A stretch of 64,000 nt of DNA from Escherichia coli (GTDB lineage: Bacteria; Pseudomonadota; Gammaproteobacteria; Enterobacterales; Enterobacteriaceae): the NCBI RefSeq assembly GCF_003334335.1, contig NZ_QOWQ01000006.1. One strand, written 5' to 3'. Below the pieces are notes generated by a model, which was given only the letters and a program-made list of their open reading frames with translations, was not told the origin of the DNA and searched no databases. Below, piece by piece: positions 22,262-34,318 of the stretch (position 1 is the stretch's first letter; each line of letters opens with the position of its first letter). The position numbers and the translations under genes are program-made.

Positions 22262-22297
22262 ATGCCCGGTTGCTTTTCACAACCGGGCATTTTTTTA
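22262..22297. terminator. bidirectional terminator between exbD/REP and yghA
   Basis: atgcccggttg...caaccgggcat hairpin followed by T7 run. Confidence 0.7.
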
Positions 22298-23179
22298 ACC
22301 TAAATGCTCGCCGCCGCACACGCCGTGCACTTCTGCGGTGACGTAGCTCGACTCCTGACTTGCCAGATAAACATATACAGGGGCCAGTTCCGCCGGTTGC
22401 CCCGCACGTTTCATCGGCGTTTGCTGACCAAACTGCGGGATCTTATCCTGCGTTTGTCCGCCGGAAATTTGCAGTGCTGTCCAGATCGGGCCTGGCGCGA
22501 CAATATTCACCCGAATACCTTTCTCCGCGACCTGTTTTGCCAAGCCACGGCTGTAGTTCAGAATCGCCGCCTTCGTAGCCGCATAGTCCAGTAAATGCGG
22601 ACTTGGCTGGTATGCCTGGATTGACGAAGTGGTGATGATACTTGCACCTTTCGGTAGCAGGGGGATCGCTTCCTGGGTTAGCCAGAACAGCGCGAAAACG
22701 TTAATGGCAAAGGTCTTTTGAAACTGTTCGCTGGTGAGGTCTGCAATATCCGGAATGGCAACCTGTTTCCCGGCGACCAGCGCCATAATATCCAGCCCGC
22801 CTAACGCCTTGTGCGCTTCGTGAACCAGCGAACGGGCAAATTTCTCATCGCTTAAATCGCCTGGCAGCAGAACGGCTTTGCGTCCGCATTCTTCAATGAT
22901 CTTTTTCACATCCTGAGCGTCTTCTTCTTCCACGGGAAGATAACTGATCGCCACGTCAGCCCCTTCACGCGCGTAAGCGATGGCGGCAGCGCGACCTATT
23001 CCGGAATCGCCCCCTGTCACCAGTGCTTTACGATCTTTCAGGCGACCGCTACCAACATAGGTTTTCTCGCCGCAATCCGGTACCGGTGTCATCTTCGCCT
23101 GGATGCCTGGCGTCGGTTGTTTCTGTTTGGGATATTCACCAGTGTAATACTGCGTGGTCGGGTCTTTTAAATGAGACAT
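22295..23179 (-). CDS. yghA: short-chain dehydrogenase/reductase YghA
   Basis: 294-aa ORF with [10 protein letters not shown] Rossmann motif and SDR catalytic region. Confidence 0.92.
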
Positions 23180-23300
23180 CGTTTTTCTCCCTTCAGGTTC
23201 AACGTCCTTTAAGGGTAGACGTTCTCGATGCGTTGATAAGGGAACCAGGAAGATCCCTAAACCTCAGAATTATGCGACAAAGGTTTAACGTATATGTTGA

Positions 23301-23864
<564 letters not shown>

Positions 23865-23872
23865 TCTGATTC

Positions 23873-23895
23873 GGGCGCGGTTCGCGCGCCCGTTA
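23873..23895. terminator. bidirectional hairpin between yqhA and gpr
   Basis: gggcgcggttcgcgcgccc GC-rich inverted repeat. Confidence 0.6.
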
Positions 23896-23903
23896 TTAAC
23901 AGG

Positions 23904-24944
23904 TCATTTATCGGAAGACGCCTGCCACAGATTCAGCTCGCCATCGGCGATATGCTGATCAATCTGCGCCAGCTCCTTGGTGCTAAATGTCAGATTATTC
24001 AGCGCCTGCACGTTCTCCTCTAGTTGCTCCGCGCGGCTGGCACCAATCAATACCGACGTCACGCGATCATCTTTCAGCAACCAGCTTAACGCCATTTGCG
24101 CCATTGATTGTCCACGCTGCTGTGCCATTTCATTCAATAAGCGCAGGCTGTTGAGGTTGGCTTCGGTAAGCATTTTCGGTGTCAGACCACGAACTTTATT
24201 CCCTTCACGATGCATCCGTGAATCTTGCGGAATGCCGTTGAGATATTTTCCGGTCAGCAATCCCTGAGCCAGAGGAGTAAAGGCAATACAGCCCACGCCG
24301 TTATTTTGCAGGGTATCCAGCAGGCCGCTTTTATCCACCCAGCGGTTCAGTAAATTGTACGAAGGTTGATGAATTAACAGCGGAATTTTCCACTCGCGCA
24401 GCAACTCGACCATTTTTTGCGTCCGCTCTGGCGAGTAAGAGGAGATCCCGACATACAGCGCCTTACCGCTTTGTACCGCATGAGCCAGCGCAGAGGCGGT
24501 TTCTTCCATCGGCGTATTTTCATCGACGCGATGAGAGTAAAAGATATCGACATACTCAAGCCCCATACGCTTCAGGCTTTGGTCGAGGCTGGCGAGCAGG
24601 TATTTACGTGAACCGCCAGAGCCGTAAGGGCCGGGCCACATATCGTAGCCAGCCTTGGTAGAGATAATCAGTTCATCGCGATAAGCGGCAAAATCCTCCC
24701 GCAGCAGGCGACCAAAGTTCTCTTCTGCGCTTCCTGGAGGCGGCCCGTAATTGTTGGCTAAATCAAAGTGCGTAATGCCCAAATCAAACGCTTTACGCAG
24801 GATCGCACGCTGTGATTCCAGCGCGTTAACGTGACCGAAATTGTGCCATAAACCGAGCGATAACGCGGGCAGGCGTAAACCACTTTTTCCGCAATAGCGG
24901 TATTGCATCTGCCCGTAACGTTCGGGATTCGCTAACCAGACCAT
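23904..24944 (-). CDS. gpr: L-glyceraldehyde-3-phosphate reductase (AKR family), Gpr/YghZ
   Basis: 346-aa ORF MVWLANPERYGQMQYRYCGKSGLRLPALSLGLWHNFG... Confidence 0.93.
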   Translation of the reverse strand: MVWLANPERYGQMQYRYCGKSGLRLPALSLGLWHNFGHVNALESQRAILRKAFDLGITHFDLANNYGPPPGSAEENFGRLLREDFAAYRDELIISTKAGYDMWPGPYGSGGSRKYLLASLDQSLKRMGLEYVDIFYSHRVDENTPMEETASALAHAVQSGKALYVGISSYSPERTQKMVELLREWKIPLLIHQPSYNLLNRWVDKSGLLDTLQNNGVGCIAFTPLAQGLLTGKYLNGIPQDSRMHREGNKVRGLTPKMLTEANLNSLRLLNEMAQQRGQSMAQMALSWLLKDDRVTSVLIGASRAEQLEENVQALNNLTFSTKELAQIDQHIADGELNLWQASSDK

Positions 24945-25100
24945 GACCTCTCCTTTCCACCGTTCAATTTCGAAACAATGTTTCTAGTTTAGCGATTCGC
25001 CAGCGCGTATCCCGTAGTCTGGCTCACAGAGTGACGAAAAACTGGGCAAAAACACGTGCTTATGCTTTGCTTAAAAAAACACCAACTGAGGAGTGCAACG

Positions 25101-25985
25101 ATGCCGCGTTTAACCGCCAAAGATTTCCCACAAGAGTTGCTGGATTACTATGACTATTACGCTCACGGGAAAATCTCGAAACGTGAGTTCCTCAACCTTG
25201 CGGCGAAGTGCGGTAGGCGGGATGACGGCATTAGCGTTGTTTGATTTGCTCAAGCCAAATTATGCGCTGGCGACTCAGGTAGAGTTTACCGACCCGGAAA
25301 TTGTTGCTGAGTACATCACGTATCCTTCGCCAAATGGTCACGGCGAGGTGCGGGGTTATCTGGTGAAGCCCGCAAAGATGAGCGGCAAAACGCCAGCCGT
25401 AGTGGTGGTGCATGAGAATCGTGGACTGAATCCGTATATCGAAGATGTGGCACGGCGAGTGGCGAAGGCGGGGTATATCGCCCTGGCACCTGACGGCTTA
25501 AGTTCCGTTGGAGGTTATCCGGGAAATGATGATAAAGGTCGTGAGCTGCAACAGCAGGTTGATCCAACAAACTGATGAATGATTTCTTTGCCGCAATTGA
25601 GTTTATGCAACGCTATCCGCAAGCGACAGGCAAAGTGGGTATTACCGGATTTTGCTATGGCGGTGGCGTATCGAACGCGGCGGCTGTCGCGTATCCGGAA
25701 CTGGCCTGCGCGGTGCCGTTTTATGGTCGTCAGGCACCCACTGCCGATGTGGCGAAGATTGAAGCGCCTTTACTACTCCACTTCGCGGAACTGGACACCC
25801 GAATCAACGAGGGCTGGCCTGCTTACGAGGCGGCGTTGAAAGCCAATAATAAGGTTTATGAGGCGTATATCTATCCGGGGGTTAATCACGGATTCCATAA
25901 TGATTCCACGCCCCGTTATGACAAATCTGCCGCCGATCTTGCCTGGCAAAGGACACTGAAATGGTTCGATAAATATCTCTCCTGA
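25101..25985 (+). pseudogene. yghX: dienelactone-hydrolase family gene yghX disrupted by two frameshifts
   Basis: Three consecutive ORF pieces (25101-25244, 25150-25575, 25575-25985) in frames 0/1/0 together reconstruct one alpha/beta hydrolase ([11 protein letters not shown]...KWFDKYLS); breaks near 25210 and in an A-run near 25570. Confidence 0.8.
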
Positions 25986-26103
25986 TAGGTTTATCTCTTA
26001 CGGGATTACGTCTTAAACAAGCATGAAAAAATAGCGTGCGCAAAAGTCGTTCTTTGCCTAAAATATCGCTATATATGACAATATATAGCGAATGAGGTGA
26101 ACG

Positions 26104-26391
26104 ATGAATAACCATTTTGGTAAAGGCTTAATGGCGGGATTAAAAGCAACGCATGCCGACAGTGCGGTTAATGTGACAAAATTCTGTGCCGATTATAAAC
26201 GCGGTTTTGTATTAGGCTACTCACACCGGATGTACGAAAAGACCGGAGATCGCCAGCTTAGCGCCTGGGAAGCGGGTATTCTGACGCGCCGCTATGGACT
26301 GGATAAAGAGATGGTAATGGATTTCTTTCGTGAGAATAATTCCTGTTCTACGTTGCGCTTTTTTATGGCCGGTTATCGCCTCGAAAATTGA
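26104..26391 (+). CDS. yghW: DUF2623 protein YghW
   Basis: 95-aa [39 protein letters not shown]... Confidence 0.85.
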
Positions 26392-26579
26392 TCAAACATA
26401 CGTATTATCTTGCTTTAATTAATTACACTAATGCTTCTTCCCTTCGTTTTAGCGCCCCGCCGCAGTATCATGATATCGATAACCATAATAAATGTGTGGT
26501 AAATGGCGCATCGATCGCATTATTGATTTTGCGATTGAGGCAAAATATATGCCAGGTCTTCGCAACGGAATAACTATAA

Positions 26580-27698
26580 ATGACTGGAGATAACACCCTC
26601 ATCCATTCTCACGGCATTAACCGTCGTGATTTCATGAAGCTTTGTGCAGCATTAGCCGCCACCATGGGGTTAAGTAGCAAAGCCGCTGCAGAGATGGCCG
26701 AATCGGTTACTAACCCGCAGCGTCCGCCAGTTATCTGGATTGGCGCGCAGGAGTGCACCGGTTGTACGGAATCTCTGCTTCGTGCAACGCATCCAACGGT
26801 AGAAAACCTCGTACTGGAGACTATCTCTCTGGAGTATCACGAAGTGCTTTCCGCCGCCTTCGGTCATCAGGTCGAAGAGAACAAACATAACGCTCTCGAG
26901 AAGTACAAAGGGCAGTATGTGTTAGTGGTGGATGGTTCCATCCCATTAAAAGATAACGGTATTTATTGCATGGTTGCCGGTGAGCCGATTGTGGATCACA
27001 TCCGCAAAGCGGCGGAAGGCGCAGCAGCCATTATCGCTATCGGTTCCTGCTCTGCGTGGGGCGGTGTTGCCGCAGCTGGAGTTAACCCAACTGGCGCAGT
27101 CAGCCTGCAAGAAGTTCTGCCAGGCAAAACCGTTATCAATATTCCGGGCTGCCCGCCGAACCCGCACAACTTCCTCGCGACCGTTGCGCACATCATCACT
27201 TACGGCAAACCGCCGAAACTGGATGACAAAAACCGTCCGACCTTCGCCTATGGCCGTCTGATTCACGAACACTGCGAACGTCGCCCGCACTTCGATGCTG
27301 GTCGTTTTGCCAAAGAGTTCGGTGATGAAGGCCACCGCGAAGGCTGGTGCCTGTACCACCTCGGCTGTAAAGGGCCAGAAACTTACGGCAACTGCTCAAC
27401 GCTGCAATTCTGCGATGTTGGCGGTGTGTGGCCGGTGGCGATTGGTCACCCGTGCTATGGCTGTAACGAAGAAGGTATCGGCTTCCATAAAGGCATCCAT
27501 CAGCTTGCCAACGTCGAAAATCAAACTCCGCGTTCACAGAAACCGGATGTTAACGCTAAAGAGGGCGGCAACGTCTCTGCAGGCGCTATTGGTTTGCTCG
27601 GCGGTGTGGTTGGGTTGGTTGCCGGTGTCAGCGTGATGGCGGTGCGTGAACTGGGTCGTCAGCAAAAGAAAGATAACGCTGACTCACGGGGAGAATAA
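26580..27698 (+). CDS. hybO: hydrogenase-2 small subunit
   Basis: 372-aa ORF with Tat signal (RRDFMK) and [NiFe] small-subunit cysteine clusters. Confidence 0.96.
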   Translation: MTGDNTLIHSHGINRRDFMKLCAALAATMGLSSKAAAEMAESVTNPQRPPVIWIGAQECTGCTESLLRATHPTVENLVLETISLEYHEVLSAAFGHQVEENKHNALEKYKGQYVLVVDGSIPLKDNGIYCMVAGEPIVDHIRKAAEGAAAIIAIGSCSAWGGVAAAGVNPTGAVSLQEVLPGKTVINIPGCPPNPHNFLATVAHIITYGKPPKLDDKNRPTFAYGRLIHEHCERRPHFDAGRFAKEFGDEGHREGWCLYHLGCKGPETYGNCSTLQFCDVGGVWPVAIGHPCYGCNEEGIGFHKGIHQLANVENQTPRSQKPDVNAKEGGNVSAGAIGLLGGVVGLVAGVSVMAVRELGRQQKKDNADSRGE

Positions 27699-27700
27699 CC

Positions 27701-28687
27701 GTGAACAGACGTAATTTTATTAAAGCAGCCTCCTGCGGGGCATTGCTGACGGGCGCGCTGCCGTCTGTCAGTCATGCGGCTGCTGAAAACCGCCCGCCAA
27801 TTCCGGGATCGCTGGGGATGTTGTACGACTCGACCTTGTGCGTAGGCTGCCAGGCTTGCGTCACCAAGTGTCAGGATATCAATTTCCCTGAACGTAACCC
27901 GCAAGGGGAACAGACCTGGTCGAACAACGACAAACTGTCGCCGTATACCAATAACATCATTCAGGTGTGGACCAGCGGCACAGGGGTCAACAAAGACCAG
28001 GAGGAGAACGGCTACGCGTACATTAAGAAACAGTGTATGCACTGCGTCGATCCGAACTGTGTCTCTGTGTGCCCGGTCTCTGCACTGAAAAAAGATCCGA
28101 AAACCGGCATTGTCCATTACGACAAAGATGTGTGCACCGGCTGCCGTTACTGCATGGTCGCCTGTCCGTACAACGTGCCGAAGTACGACTACAACAACCC
28201 GTTTGGTGCGCTGCATAAGTGCGAGCTGTGCAACCAGAAAGGTGTGGAACGTCTCGATAAAGGCGGTCTACCTGGCTGCGTAGAAGTGTGCCCGGCGGGC
28301 GCGGTGATTTTCGGTACGCGTGAAGAGCTGATGGCGGAGGCGAAAAAACGTCTGGCGCTGAAGCCTGGCAGCGAATACCACTATCCGCGTCAGACGCTGA
28401 AATCTGGCGACACTTACCTGCATACGGTGCCGAAATATTATCCGCATCTGTACGGCGAGAAAGAGGGCGGCGGTACTCAGGTTCTGGTACTGACGGGTGT
28501 GCCTTATGAAAATCTCGACCTGCCGAAACTGGACGATCTTTCTACCGGTGCGCGTTCCGAAAATATTCAACACACCCTGTATAAAGGCATGATGCTACCA
28601 CTGGCTGTGCTGGCGGGCTTAACCGTGCTGGTTCGTCGCAACACCAAAAACGACCATCACGACGGAGGAGACGATCATGAGTCATGA
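27701..28687 (+). CDS. hybA: hydrogenase-2 4Fe-4S ferredoxin-type electron-transfer subunit
   Basis: 328-aa ORF (GTG start) with Tat signal RRNFIK and multiple CxxCxxCxxxCP motifs. Confidence 0.95.
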
Positions 28688-29855
28688 TCCACAACCGCTG
28701 GGCGGCAAAATCATCAGTAAACCAGTCATGATTTTTGGACCGTTAATCGTCATCTGTATGCTCCTGATTGTGAAGCGTCTGGTGTTCGGTCTGGGCTCTG
28801 TCTCTGACCTGAACGGCGGCTTCCCGTGGGGCGTGTGGATCGCGTTTGACCTGCTGATTGGCACCGGCTTTGCCTGTGGCGGCTGGGCGCTGGCGTGGGC
28901 GGTATACGTCTTTAACCGTGGGCAATACCATCCGCTGGTGCGTCCGGCGCTGTTGGCGAGTCTGTTTGGTTACTCACTGGGTGGCTTGTCGATCACTATC
29001 GACGTGGGTCGCTACTGGAACCTGCCGTACTTCTACATTCCGGGTCACTTCAACGTGAACTCGGTACTGTTCGAGACGGCGGTCTGTATGACCATCTATA
29101 TCGGCGTGATGGCACTGGAGTTTGCTCCGGCACTGTTTGAACGTCTGGGGTGGAAGGTGTCGCTACAGCGACTAAACAAGGTGATGTTCTTCATCATCGC
29201 GCTCGGTGCGCTGCTGCCGACCATGCACCAGTCTTCAATGGGGTCGCTGATGATCTCGGCGGGCTACAAGGTGCATCCGTTGTGGCAGAGCTATGAAATG
29301 TTGCCGCTGTTCTCGCTGCTGACGGCGTTCATCATGGGCTTCTCGATTGTCATCTTTGAAGGTTCGCTGGTGCAGGCGGGTCTGCGTGGCAACGGTCCGG
29401 ATGAAAAGAGTCTGTTTGTTAAGCTGACCAACACCATCAGTGTGTTGCTGGCGATTTTCATCGTGCTGCGCTTTGGCGAGCTTATCTATCGCGACAAGCT
29501 GTCGTTAGCGTTTGCCGGTGACTTCTACTCCGTGATGTTCTGGATTGAAGTCCTGCTGATGCTCTTCCCGCTGGTCGTTCTGCGTGTGGCGAAGCTGCGT
29601 AATGATTCCCGCATGCTGTTCCTGTCAGCACTGAGCGCACTGTTAGGTTGTGCAACCTGGCGTCTGACCTATTCGCTGGTGGCATTCAACCCGGGCGGCG
29701 GTTACGCCTACTTCCCGACCTGGGAAGAACTGTTGATTTCTATTGGTTTTGTGGCTATTGAGATTTGCGCTTACATCGTACTCATTCGTCTACTGCCGAT
29801 ACTTCCTCCTTTAAAACAAAACGATCATAATCGTCATGAGGCGAGCAAAGCATGA
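28677..29855 (+). CDS. hybB: hydrogenase-2 integral membrane subunit
   Basis: 392-aa polytopic membrane ORF overlapping hybA and hybC ends. Confidence 0.95.
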
Positions 29856-31555
29856 GCCAGAGAATTACTATTGATCCGGTAACCCGTATTGAGGGGCATT
29901 TACGCATCGATTGCGAAATCGAAAATGGCGTCGTTTCGAAAGCATGGGCTTCCGGTACCATGTGGCGCGGCATGGAAGAGATCGTGAAAAACCGCGATCC
30001 GCGCGATGCATGGATGATTGTGCAACGTATCTGTGGCGTATGTACTACCACTCACGCGCTGTCTTCCGTTCGTGCGGCAGAAAGTGCGCTGAATATCGAC
30101 GTTCCGGTTAACGCGCAATACATCCGTAACATCATTCTGGCTGCGCACACCACGCATGACCATATTGTTCATTTCTATCAGCTTTCGGCGCTGGACTGGG
30201 TGGACATCACTTCTGCACTGCAAGCTGACCCAACCAAAGCCTCCGAAATGCTGAAAGGCGTTTCGACCTGGCACCTGAACAGTCCGGAAGAGTTCACCAA
30301 AGTTCAGAACAAGATCAAAGATCTGGTTGCCAGCGGTCAGTTGGGTATTTTCGCTAATGGCTACTGGGGTCATCCGGCGATGAAACTGCCGCCGGAAGTG
30401 AACCTGATTGCGGTAGCGCACTACCTGCAAGCGTTGGAGTGCCAGCGTGACGCTAACCGCGTCGTGGCGCTGCTGGGCGGTAAAACGCCGCACATTCAGA
30501 ACCTGGCGGTAGGTGGTGTCGCGAACCCGATCAACCTCGACGGTTTGGGCGTGCTGAACCTTGAGCGCCTGATGTACATCAAGTCTTTCATCGACAAACT
30601 GAGCGACTTTGTTGAGCAGGTTTATAAGGTTGATACCGCAGTTATTGCCGCGTTCTACCCGGAATGGCTGACACGCGGTAAAGGTGCGGTGAACTACCTG
30701 AGCGTGCCGGAATTCCCGACCGACAGTAAAAACGGCAGCTTCCTGTTCCCGGGCGGCTACATTGAGAATGCGGATCTGTCCTCGTATCGTCCGATCACTT
30801 CTCATTCCGATGAATACCTGATCAAAGGCATTCAGGAAAGCGCGAAGCACTCCTGGTATAAAGACGAAGCGCCGCAGGCACCGTGGGAAGGCACCACCAT
30901 TCCGGCTTATGATGGTTGGTCTGACGACGGGAAATATTCCTGGGTGAAATCACCGACTTTCTACGGCAAAACGGTAGAAGTGGGGCCACTGGCTAATATG
31001 CTGGTGAAACTGGCGGCAGGTCGCGAATCTACCCAGAACAAACTGAATGAAATCGTTGCGATTTATCAGAAACTGACTGGCAACACGCTGGAAGTGGCAC
31101 AGCTGCACTCCACGCTGGGCCGTATTATTGGTCGTACCGTTCACTGCTGTGAATTGCAGGATATCCTGCAAAACCAATACAGTGCACTGATCACCAATAT
31201 CGGCAAAGGCGATCACACCACCTTTGTGAAGCCGAACATTCCGGCAACGGGTGAATTCAAAGGTGTTGGCTTCCTCGAAGCGCCGCGCGGTATGCTCTCT
31301 CACTGGATGGTTATTAAAGACGGTATCATCAGCAACTACCAGGCGGTTGTTCCATCAACCTGGAACTCTGGTCCGCGTAACTTCAATGATGACGTCGGTC
31401 CTTACGAGCAGTCGCTGGTGGGTACACCGGTTGCCGATCCGAATAAACCGCTGGAAGTGGTGCGTACCATTCACTCCTTTGACCCGTGCATGGCCTGTGC
31501 GGTACACGTAGTGGATGCTGACGGCAACGAAGTGGTTTCAGTGAAGGTTCTGTAA
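29852..31555 (+). CDS. hybC: hydrogenase-2 large subunit ([NiFe])
   Basis: 567-aa ORF with N-terminal RxCGxCxxxH and C-terminal DPCxxCxxH Ni-binding motifs. Confidence 0.97.
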   Translation: MSQRITIDPVTRIEGHLRIDCEIENGVVSKAWASGTMWRGMEEIVKNRDPRDAWMIVQRICGVCTTTHALSSVRAAESALNIDVPVNAQYIRNIILAAHTTHDHIVHFYQLSALDWVDITSALQADPTKASEMLKGVSTWHLNSPEEFTKVQNKIKDLVASGQLGIFANGYWGHPAMKLPPEVNLIAVAHYLQALECQRDANRVVALLGGKTPHIQNLAVGGVANPINLDGLGVLNLERLMYIKSFIDKLSDFVEQVYKVDTAVIAAFYPEWLTRGKGAVNYLSVPEFPTDSKNGSFLFPGGYIENADLSSYRPITSHSDEYLIKGIQESAKHSWYKDEAPQAPWEGTTIPAYDGWSDDGKYSWVKSPTFYGKTVEVGPLANMLVKLAAGRESTQNKLNEIVAIYQKLTGNTLEVAQLHSTLGRIIGRTVHCCELQDILQNQYSALITNIGKGDHTTFVKPNIPATGEFKGVGFLEAPRGMLSHWMVIKDGIISNYQAVVPSTWNSGPRNFNDDVGPYEQSLVGTPVADPNKPLEVVRTIHSFDPCMACAVHVVDADGNEVVSVKVL

Positions 31556-32049
31556 TGCGTATTTTAGTCTTAGGGGTCGGCAATATTTTGCTGACCGATG
31601 AAGCCATCGGTGTGCGGATTGTCGAAGCGTTAGAGCAACGATACATTCTGCCGGATTATGTTGAGATCCTCGATGGCGGCACGGCGGGAATGGAGCTGCT
31701 TGGCGACATGGCAAATCGCGATCATTTGATTATTGCGGATGCCATTGTCTCGAAAAAGAACGCGCCGGGAACGATGATGATCCTGCGGGATGAAGAAGTT
31801 CCGGCGTTGTTTACCAACAAAATCTCTCCGCATCAGCTTGGCCTGGCCGACGTCTTGTCGGCCCTGCGCTTCACCGGCGAGTTTCCGAAAAAGCTGACCC
31901 TGGTCGGCGTGATCCCGGAATCGCTGGAGCCACACATCGGCTTAACGCCGACGGTTGAAGCAATGATTGAACCTGCGCTTGAGCAGGTTCTGGCTGCGCT
32001 GCGTGAATCTGGCGTGGAAGCCATCCCACGGGAGGCGATTCATGACTGA
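31555..32049 (+). CDS. hybD: hydrogenase-2 maturation endopeptidase
   Basis: 164-aa ORF MRILVLGVGNILLTDEAIGVRIVE... Confidence 0.95.
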   Translation: MRILVLGVGNILLTDEAIGVRIVEALEQRYILPDYVEILDGGTAGMELLGDMANRDHLIIADAIVSKKNAPGTMMILRDEEVPALFTNKISPHQLGLADVLSALRFTGEFPKKLTLVGVIPESLEPHIGLTPTVEAMIEPALEQVLAALRESGVEAIPREAIHD

Positions 32050-32530
32050 AGAGATAGCAGGTTTCCAGACCTCCCCGAAGGCGCAAGTACAGGCAGCGTT
32101 TGAAGAAATTGCCCGGCGTTCGATGCACGATCTCTCTTTTCTGCATCCTTCAATGCCGGTGTATGTTTCTGATTTTACGCTGTTCGAAGGTCAGTGGACG
32201 GGGTGTGTGATCACCCCGTGGATGCTGAGTGCAGTTATCTTCCCCGGCCCGGATCAACTCTGGCCGCTGCGCAAAGTGAGTGAAAAAATTGGTCTGCAAC
32301 TGCCGTATGGCACTATGACCTTTACCGTTGGCGAACTGGACGGTGTTTCGCAATATCTCTCCTGTTCGCTGATGTCGCCGCTTTCGCACAGCATGTCGAT
32401 TGAAGAGGGCCAACGCCTGACGGATGACTGCGCACGAATGATCCTTTCGCTGCCAGTCACGAATCCGGATGTACCACACGCAGGGCGTCGCGCCCTGCTG
32501 TTTGGTCGCAGGAGTGGCGAAAATGCATGA
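32042..32530 (+). CDS. hybE: hydrogenase-2 operon chaperone HybE
   Basis: Start at MTEEIAGFQTSP (162 aa); the track ORF is extended upstream into hybD. Confidence 0.9.
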   Translation: MTEEIAGFQTSPKAQVQAAFEEIARRSMHDLSFLHPSMPVYVSDFTLFEGQWTGCVITPWMLSAVIFPGPDQLWPLRKVSEKIGLQLPYGTMTFTVGELDGVSQYLSCSLMSPLSHSMSIEEGQRLTDDCARMILSLPVTNPDVPHAGRRALLFGRRSGENA

Positions 32531-32864
32531 GTTGTCTCTTTGCCAGAGCGCCGTTGAAATTATCCAACGGCAGGCGGAGCAGCACGATGTTAAGCGCGTC
32601 ACCGCCGTGTGGCTGGAAATTGGCGCGCTCTCCTGCGTTGAGGAGAGCGCCGTCCGTTTTAGTTTTGAAATTGTCTGCCACGGAACGGTGGCGCAAGGGT
32701 GCGATTTACATATCGTCTATAAACCCGCCCAGGCTTGGTGCTGGGATTGCAGCCAGGTGGTGGAGATTCATCAGCACGATGCGCAGTGTCCGCTCTGTCA
32801 CGGCGAGCGGTTGCGTGTCGATACCGGCGATTCGCTGATCGTCAAAAGTATTGAAGTTGAATAA
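32523..32864 (+). CDS. hybF: hydrogenase maturation Ni-insertion factor (HypA paralog)
   Basis: Start at MHELSLCQSAVEII (113 aa) with two CxxC zinc motifs. Confidence 0.9.
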   Translation: MHELSLCQSAVEIIQRQAEQHDVKRVTAVWLEIGALSCVEESAVRFSFEIVCHGTVAQGCDLHIVYKPAQAWCWDCSQVVEIHQHDAQCPLCHGERLRVDTGDSLIVKSIEVE

Positions 32865-32876
32865 CCGGAGTTAATA

Positions 32877-33125
32877 ATGTGTATTGGCGTTCCAGGCCAG
32901 GTGCTGGCTGTCGGTGAAGATATTCACCAGCTTGCGCAGGTTGAAGTATGTGGTATCAAGCGCGATGTGAATATCGCCCTGATTTGTGAAGGTAACCCTG
33001 CCGATCTACTGGGCCAGTGGGTGCTGGTACACGTCGGATTTGCCATGAGCATCATCGACGAAGATGAAGCCAAAGCCACATTAGACGCACTGCGCCAAAT
33101 GGATTACGACATTACCAGCGCGTGA
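32877..33125 (+). CDS. hybG: hydrogenase maturation factor (HypC paralog)
   Basis: 82-aa [12 protein letters not shown]..., conserved N-terminal MC motif. Confidence 0.93.
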
Positions 33126-33129
33126 TGAT

Positions 33130-33225
33130 TAGCTTTCGTAGGCCTGATAAGACGCGGCAGCGTCGCATCAGGCATTGTGCACGATTGCCGGATGCGGCGT
33201 GAACGCCTTATCCGGCCTGGATGGC
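33130..33225. repeat. REP elements between hybG and yghU
   Basis: gtaggcctgataagacgcg...cgcatcaggc and gccggatgcggcgtgaacgccttatccggcc palindromic units. Confidence 0.75.
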
Positions 33226-33247
33226 TTGCTGCGACGAACACCAACCC

Positions 33248-34114
33248 TTACCCCTGACGCTTATCTTCCGTATTCGTCTCGAAATCACTGGCGTCATGGC
33301 GCTCATGCAACTGCTCATTCAGCGGTCCGTTGGTGCGGTTAACAATACGCCCACGTTTCACCGCCGGACGTTCGCCTACTTCTTTCGCCCAGCGTTGTAC
33401 ATGCTTATAACTGCCCGCATCAAGAAACTCAGCGGCATCATACACACCACCTAACACCACGTTGCCAAACCACGGCCAAATCGCCATATCCGCAATGGTG
33501 TACTCATCGCCCGCAACAAACTTATGCTGCGCCAGTTGCTTATCCAGCACGTCGAGCAGACGTTTGGCTTCCATGGTAAAGCGGTTGATGGCGTACTCAA
33601 TCTTTACCGGTGCGTAATGGTAAAAGTGACCAAAACCACCGCCGAGGAACGGTGCCGCGCCCTGTAACCAGAACAGCCAGTTCATCGTTTCAGTACGCTT
33701 TGCCAAATCCTGCGGCAGGAAGTAGCCAAATTTCTCCGCCAGATAAAGCAGGATCGAACCAGATTCAAACACGCGGATCGGCGGATTATGCGTATGATCG
33801 CGCAGCGCCGGGATCTTCGAGTTTGGGTTCACTTCGACAAAGCCGCTGGAGAATTGATCGCCATCGCCAATACGAATCAGCCAGGCGTCGTACTCTGCAC
33901 CAGTAACGCCCAGCGCCAGCAGCTCCTCAAGCATAATCGTTACTTTCTGACCGTTCGGCGTTCCCAGCGAATAAAGTTGCAATGGGTGTTTGCCAACGGG
34001 CAGCGTTTTTTCATGCGTCGGACCAGAAACCGGGCGATTGATATTGGCGAACGTGCCGCCAGCGGATTTATCCCACGTCCAGACTTTCGCGGGCTGATAA
34101 GTATTGTCTGTCAT
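33248..34114 (-). CDS. yghU: glutathione S-transferase-like disulfide reductase YghU
   Basis: Start at MTDNTYQPAKVWTWDK (288 aa); the track ORF is 16 codons longer. Confidence 0.92.
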   Translation of the reverse strand: MTDNTYQPAKVWTWDKSAGGTFANINRPVSGPTHEKTLPVGKHPLQLYSLGTPNGQKVTIMLEELLALGVTGAEYDAWLIRIGDGDQFSSGFVEVNPNSKIPALRDHTHNPPIRVFESGSILLYLAEKFGYFLPQDLAKRTETMNWLFWLQGAAPFLGGGFGHFYHYAPVKIEYAINRFTMEAKRLLDVLDKQLAQHKFVAGDEYTIADMAIWPWFGNVVLGGVYDAAEFLDAGSYKHVQRWAKEVGERPAVKRGRIVNRTNGPLNEQLHERHDASDFETNTEDKRQG

Positions 34115-34318
34115 AGTGAGTTGCCTTCTGAGTGGTAGTGTTGAAGCAGTGTAGCAGGTCACTTGCTGTACAGAATGTGAATTTTTTAACCCTTTGCGCC
34201 AGCCGCTGCGATGAGGTGTATGATTAGTCTGACCTCTGTCCGGTTAATGTCGCTGAGCAGGTAATCAGAGCACAACAATTACGCCAACTGCTTAGGTTGT
34301 ATTGTTAAAGGTAAAGTG

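Noticed and set aside
25056-25244. Small ORF that could be annotated as a separate gene (yghY)
   Set aside because: Its product is the N-terminal fragment of the frameshifted yghX dienelactone hydrolase, so it is part of the pseudogene
26388-26573. 61-aa ORF upstream of hybO
   Set aside because: No RBS or recognisable motif; it lies in the hyb promoter/leader region and is probably a chance ORF
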